A stretch of 64,000 nt of DNA from an uncultured Verrucomicrobiae bacterium (lineage in GTDB: Bacteria; Verrucomicrobiota; Verrucomicrobiia; Limisphaerales; Palsa-1400), in contig CAVXRD010000001.1 of assembly GCA_963764165.1 (NCBI GenBank), positions 1,408,001 to 1,472,000 on the forward strand. The letters run 5' to 3'. Of this stretch, positions 61,054-64,000 are shown piece by piece. Each line of letters starts with the position of its first letter. Positions within the stretch are counted from its first letter, which is position 1. The position numbers and the translations under genes were made by a program. Under the pieces are notes generated by a model. It was not told where the DNA came from and ran no database searches. It worked only from the letters and a program-made list of their open reading frames with translations.

Positions 61054-63602
61054 CGCCGCGCGTCCAGCCCCTGCCAGCGCCATATCCAGGCCTCCGGCCC
61101 TTTGCTTTCCACGACGATGAAATCGCCGTCGCGATGCGCTTGCAGCGGGATGTTGTTTTCATCGGCCAGATAGCGGGCGTCCATCAGCCCCGCCTTGACC
61201 AATGTCTCGAGCGATTCTGGCAATGCACCATAGGCGAGCCGGTAGGCGTAGACGGCGCGCCCAATGCCGAGCCGGATAAAGTGCGCTTCATTGTGATTCT
61301 TGACAGTGCGCGTGGCTTCCGGCGGGAGGGGCAGAAGCCTCAGCAATTCCACCGCAATGGGCCAGGCTTTTTCACCGTCCATCGCCCGGGCCACGAAGGA
61401 AATCTCGTGCGCGCCCGCTTTGAAATAGTTGGTGTGCAGAGAAAGGTCAAATTCCTGGTAATCCGCTGCGCGAAAATCCGCTCCAGCCAGAGCGACCTTG
61501 CCGTCCAGTTCGACGTCGCACACTCCGTAATCCGGCGCGGCTTCGGCCATCACGCGGATGGCGTAGCGTCCGTCCTTGTCCACGTCGAAGGGAATCGTCA
61601 AGCGCGCGCCGGCCTTCGCATTTGGCCAGCGCAGAATCGGGCGCGCGCCCATCATGCCGGAAAAGGACACGATTGGCTTCTCGCCGCCGGTAACCTTTGT
61701 TTCTCGAAACTTTCTGACGAGGTGCGTGGTTTGCCATGGAACGCTGCGGTCGGGGAAAGGCGGCAATTCTTCGGACGGCTTTGGTTCGCCAAGTTGATAC
61801 CAGAAAGCCACGCTGCTGATGAAGTCGGGGCGCTCGATGAAAAAGCCATTGAGATCATCATCGCAATTGCCTTTGTGCTCGAAGGCGACCTTCAGCGACT
61901 TGGAAAATCCTACGGGATCCAGCACATGCCAGCGGTAGGCAATTCCCGAGTCGCCCGCCGAATCTCCCTGCCAGCGCGGCTGCCCAAACCAGGGGCTGGT
62001 TCGCACGCGAAAACCCCATGCGTCATTGAAATAATCTTCGCTGCCCGTGCCTTGCAGGCTGGGCGCGCTTTCGCCGTCGATGTAGAAAAAATCATCGCCT
62101 TCGCCCCACCATCCGTCCTGCGCTTTTGTCACGCACATGACGGTGCCGACGTAGGACCCGCGCCCTTCCAAATCCGCCACGACGTAATCGCGTCCCATGA
62201 CGGCTGGATATTCCTGGCGATAGCGCGCGTAAAATCGAGGCGTCTCTTCCGGCAGCTTGTCCAATTCCACGTAATCCACCTGCCAGTAAAGGCCGGTGGT
62301 ACGGTTCGGATTGTCATTGCGCACGACGATGCGGGCAGACTTGGCGAATGGCATCCGCCAATAACAACTGAGCGCTCCCGTGGGCGAAACCTGCACCGGC
62401 ACGCTTTCGACCGGCGCGGGTGTGCCCTGGCCGACGGCGAAGAATTCCCCCAGCGGCGCCGCGATGCCCGGCTCTTTCGCGCCGTCCCAATAAACACGCA
62501 GCGAAAGCGCATTCAGCTCATCCACCCGTCCTGCGTGGCTGGTCATCCAGATGTGAGTAATGACACCCGGCCCTTGCAGCAGCGGCATTTCAAGAGATTT
62601 GCCGGGAGGCAGGATGGTCATGTCCATGTTGGCGTCGTGCCAGTCTGGCTGCTCGTTGCTGGAAACGCGGCGATTGCGGCCGGCGGGCAATTTTGTCAGT
62701 GCCCCGAGTGTGTCAAGCATAATAGGCGTTTGCGTTTCGGCCGCGGAAATGGGCTGGGCCCGTTTTTCGAAGTCGATCCAAACCGCGTCGTTCATGTAAT
62801 CACGGGCGTAGGCGTACGGCATTTGGCCGTCTTTGGCCTCGCCTGCCGAATTGCGGAAAATGAAGACGCCGCCGCCGGGTTGCGCCGCGTCGTCGCGATA
62901 ACCCGCCAGCAGCACGCTGTGCCCATCGAAGACCTCGCCGGGGCCGCACATTTGCAGGATGCCGCCGATCCATTTCGGGTTTTTGGGCCAGCGGAAACCC
63001 GCGGCCACGGGCCATCCCGAGACGAGTGTTTGTTTAATGGCCGCGACATGGGCATCCGTCAATCCGGTCTTGACGTCCCATTCCTTGATCCAATGCAGCC
63101 GCAGCCCGAGGCCGAGGCGGGTTTTCGCGTCGGCCGTTGCCGCGATGGGTGGAGTCAGCGTGGCATCGAATTCACGCTTGTAAGGCAAATCTTCGTCGAG
63201 GCAAATCCCATAGGCGGAAAAGCCCTTCCACATCTCCGAGAAAAAACCGCCATCCTTGCTGTTGCCACAGGCCTTGTTTGCCGCCCAATTAAGAAACTCC
63301 ACGCTGAGCCGGGGGCAATGGCCCTGTCGTTCCGCCACAGCGAATTCCAGCGCATTCCGCATGGTAAAAACCGAGCAAGTCCCGCGAGCGCCTTGTTGAC
63401 AAGGTGTCAAACCGAATTTCTCCATCACCGGCCGCACATCCGTGCTCGCCGGAAGCGGAGCAGCGGCCAAATCGTCCGGCCGCGCAGGCAGGCACAGCAG
63501 AGTGAGAAACAGGACGGCGCGCGCGGATGCATCGCGAAGGCGACCATGTCCGAAGCGGTGGAGGAAGGTCTTCGGAGCCGCCAAAAAGTTCAGCCTCGAC
63601 AT
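61050..63602 (-). CDS. Papain-like C1 peptidase fused to DUF2961/GH172 glycosidase
   Basis: QQGARGTC, GHSVLLAGY, FRNS; GPGVITHIW, WWGEGDD, GTGSEDYF. Confidence 0.85.
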   Translation of the reverse strand: MSRLNFLAAPKTFLHRFGHGRLRDASARAVLFLTLLCLPARPDDLAAAPLPASTDVRPVMEKFGLTPCQQGARGTCSVFTMRNALEFAVAERQGHCPRLSVEFLNWAANKACGNSKDGGFFSEMWKGFSAYGICLDEDLPYKREFDATLTPPIAATADAKTRLGLGLRLHWIKEWDVKTGLTDAHVAAIKQTLVSGWPVAAGFRWPKNPKWIGGILQMCGPGEVFDGHSVLLAGYRDDAAQPGGGVFIFRNSAGEAKDGQMPYAYARDYMNDAVWIDFEKRAQPISAAETQTPIMLDTLGALTKLPAGRNRRVSSNEQPDWHDANMDMTILPPGKSLEMPLLQGPGVITHIWMTSHAGRVDELNALSLRVYWDGAKEPGIAAPLGEFFAVGQGTPAPVESVPVQVSPTGALSCYWRMPFAKSARIVVRNDNPNRTTGLYWQVDYVELDKLPEETPRFYARYRQEYPAVMGRDYVVADLEGRGSYVGTVMCVTKAQDGWWGEGDDFFYIDGESAPSLQGTGSEDYFNDAWGFRVRTSPWFGQPRWQGDSAGDSGIAYRWHVLDPVGFSKSLKVAFEHKGNCDDDLNGFFIERPDFISSVAFWYQLGEPKPSEELPPFPDRSVPWQTTHLVRKFRETKVTGGEKPIVSFSGMMGARPILRWPNAKAGARLTIPFDVDKDGRYAIRVMAEAAPDYGVCDVELDGKVALAGADFRAADYQEFDLSLHTNYFKAGAHEISFVARAMDGEKAWPIAVELLRLLPLPPEATRTVKNHNEAHFIRLGIGRAVYAYRLAYGALPESLETLVKAGLMDARYLADENNIPLQAHRDGDFIVVESKGPEAWIWRWQGLDARR

Positions 63603-63762
63603 GAGCGGAGCTTAGCAAAGCAGCTTCACGCGGCAATACTATTGGGAAAGGGGGGTTTGCTTATTTGTCTATTTGTCAGCGCTTAAATCCGCGCGCCGCG
63701 CATTTGTCACTTTGAACTAACAGGCGTCCGCCACTGTCTGACTCTGGACGTGAAACTCACCG

Positions 63763-64000
63763 ATGATGCGCTCACTCATTAAATTTGCGGTCGCAGCGAC
63801 GTTGGCGGTGAGAGCCGCCGAGGCCAGCCAGAACGCCAACTGGCCGGGATTCCGCGGCCCGCGCGGCGACGGCGTCTCGCCGGCCACGAATGTCCCGTTA
63901 AGCTGGAGCGAGAGCAATAACGTGGCATGGAAACTCGCCGTCCCCGGGCGCGGACACTCCTCACCAATCATGCTGCGTGATCGCATTTGGTTGACAACGG
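63763..64000 (+). CDS. PQQ-like beta-propeller (BamB-like) protein, runs off window end
   Basis: MMRSLIKFAVAATLAVRAAEA...NWPGFRGPRGDG...WKLAVPGRGHSSPI; absent from the ORF track because it has no stop in the window. Confidence 0.85.
   Translation, partial: MMRSLIKFAVAATLAVRAAEASQNANWPGFRGPRGDGVSPATNVPLSWSESNNVAWKLAVPGRGHSSPIMLRDRIWLTT

Noticed and set aside
60957..63686. 909-aa plus-strand ORF (also 23369-24874, 26748-28640, 51381-53315, 55514-57082)
   Set aside because: Antisense shadows of well-supported genes; no motifs.
63717..63986. 89-aa minus-strand ORF
   Set aside because: Antisense to the PQQ-like gene starting at 63763.

Overview
GC-rich bacterial chromosomal window, most consistent with Verrucomicrobiota (Pedosphaera-like; inferred from gene content, C-terminal sorting-like domains and REP-type repeats). 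It is mostly housekeeping and envelope genes (argJ, fabI, addA, dapL, sppA, alpha-2-macroglobulin, an rml/wbp nucleotide-sugar operon led by a NusG paralogue, metF, ispG, rseP), several glycoside hydrolases, a VapBC-like pair, two intact IS elements (IS5/IS427 group; IS1182 inserted inside a REP palindrome) and many REP-like repeats. The standout is a locus the ORF track does not explain (about 500-3460). It has a promoter, a 56-aa leader ORF whose last codons form an antiterminator against an intrinsic terminator, a ~270-nt multi-helix ncRNA candidate, a non-canonical tRNA-Trp(CCA)-like gene, and an RtcB2-type RNA ligase that lacks its usual PrfH partner and is followed by a basic ClpP-fold-like protein. 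This is a candidate translation-stress-induced RNA repair system. Other oddities: a papain-protease/GH172 fusion, a P-II with a divergent T-loop, an OLD-like ATPase with a degenerate TOPRIM, a plant-type NRS/ER-like enzyme in an rml cluster lacking rmlC, and a frameshifted GH5-like gene. All calls are by eye; no database searches or folding programs were run.
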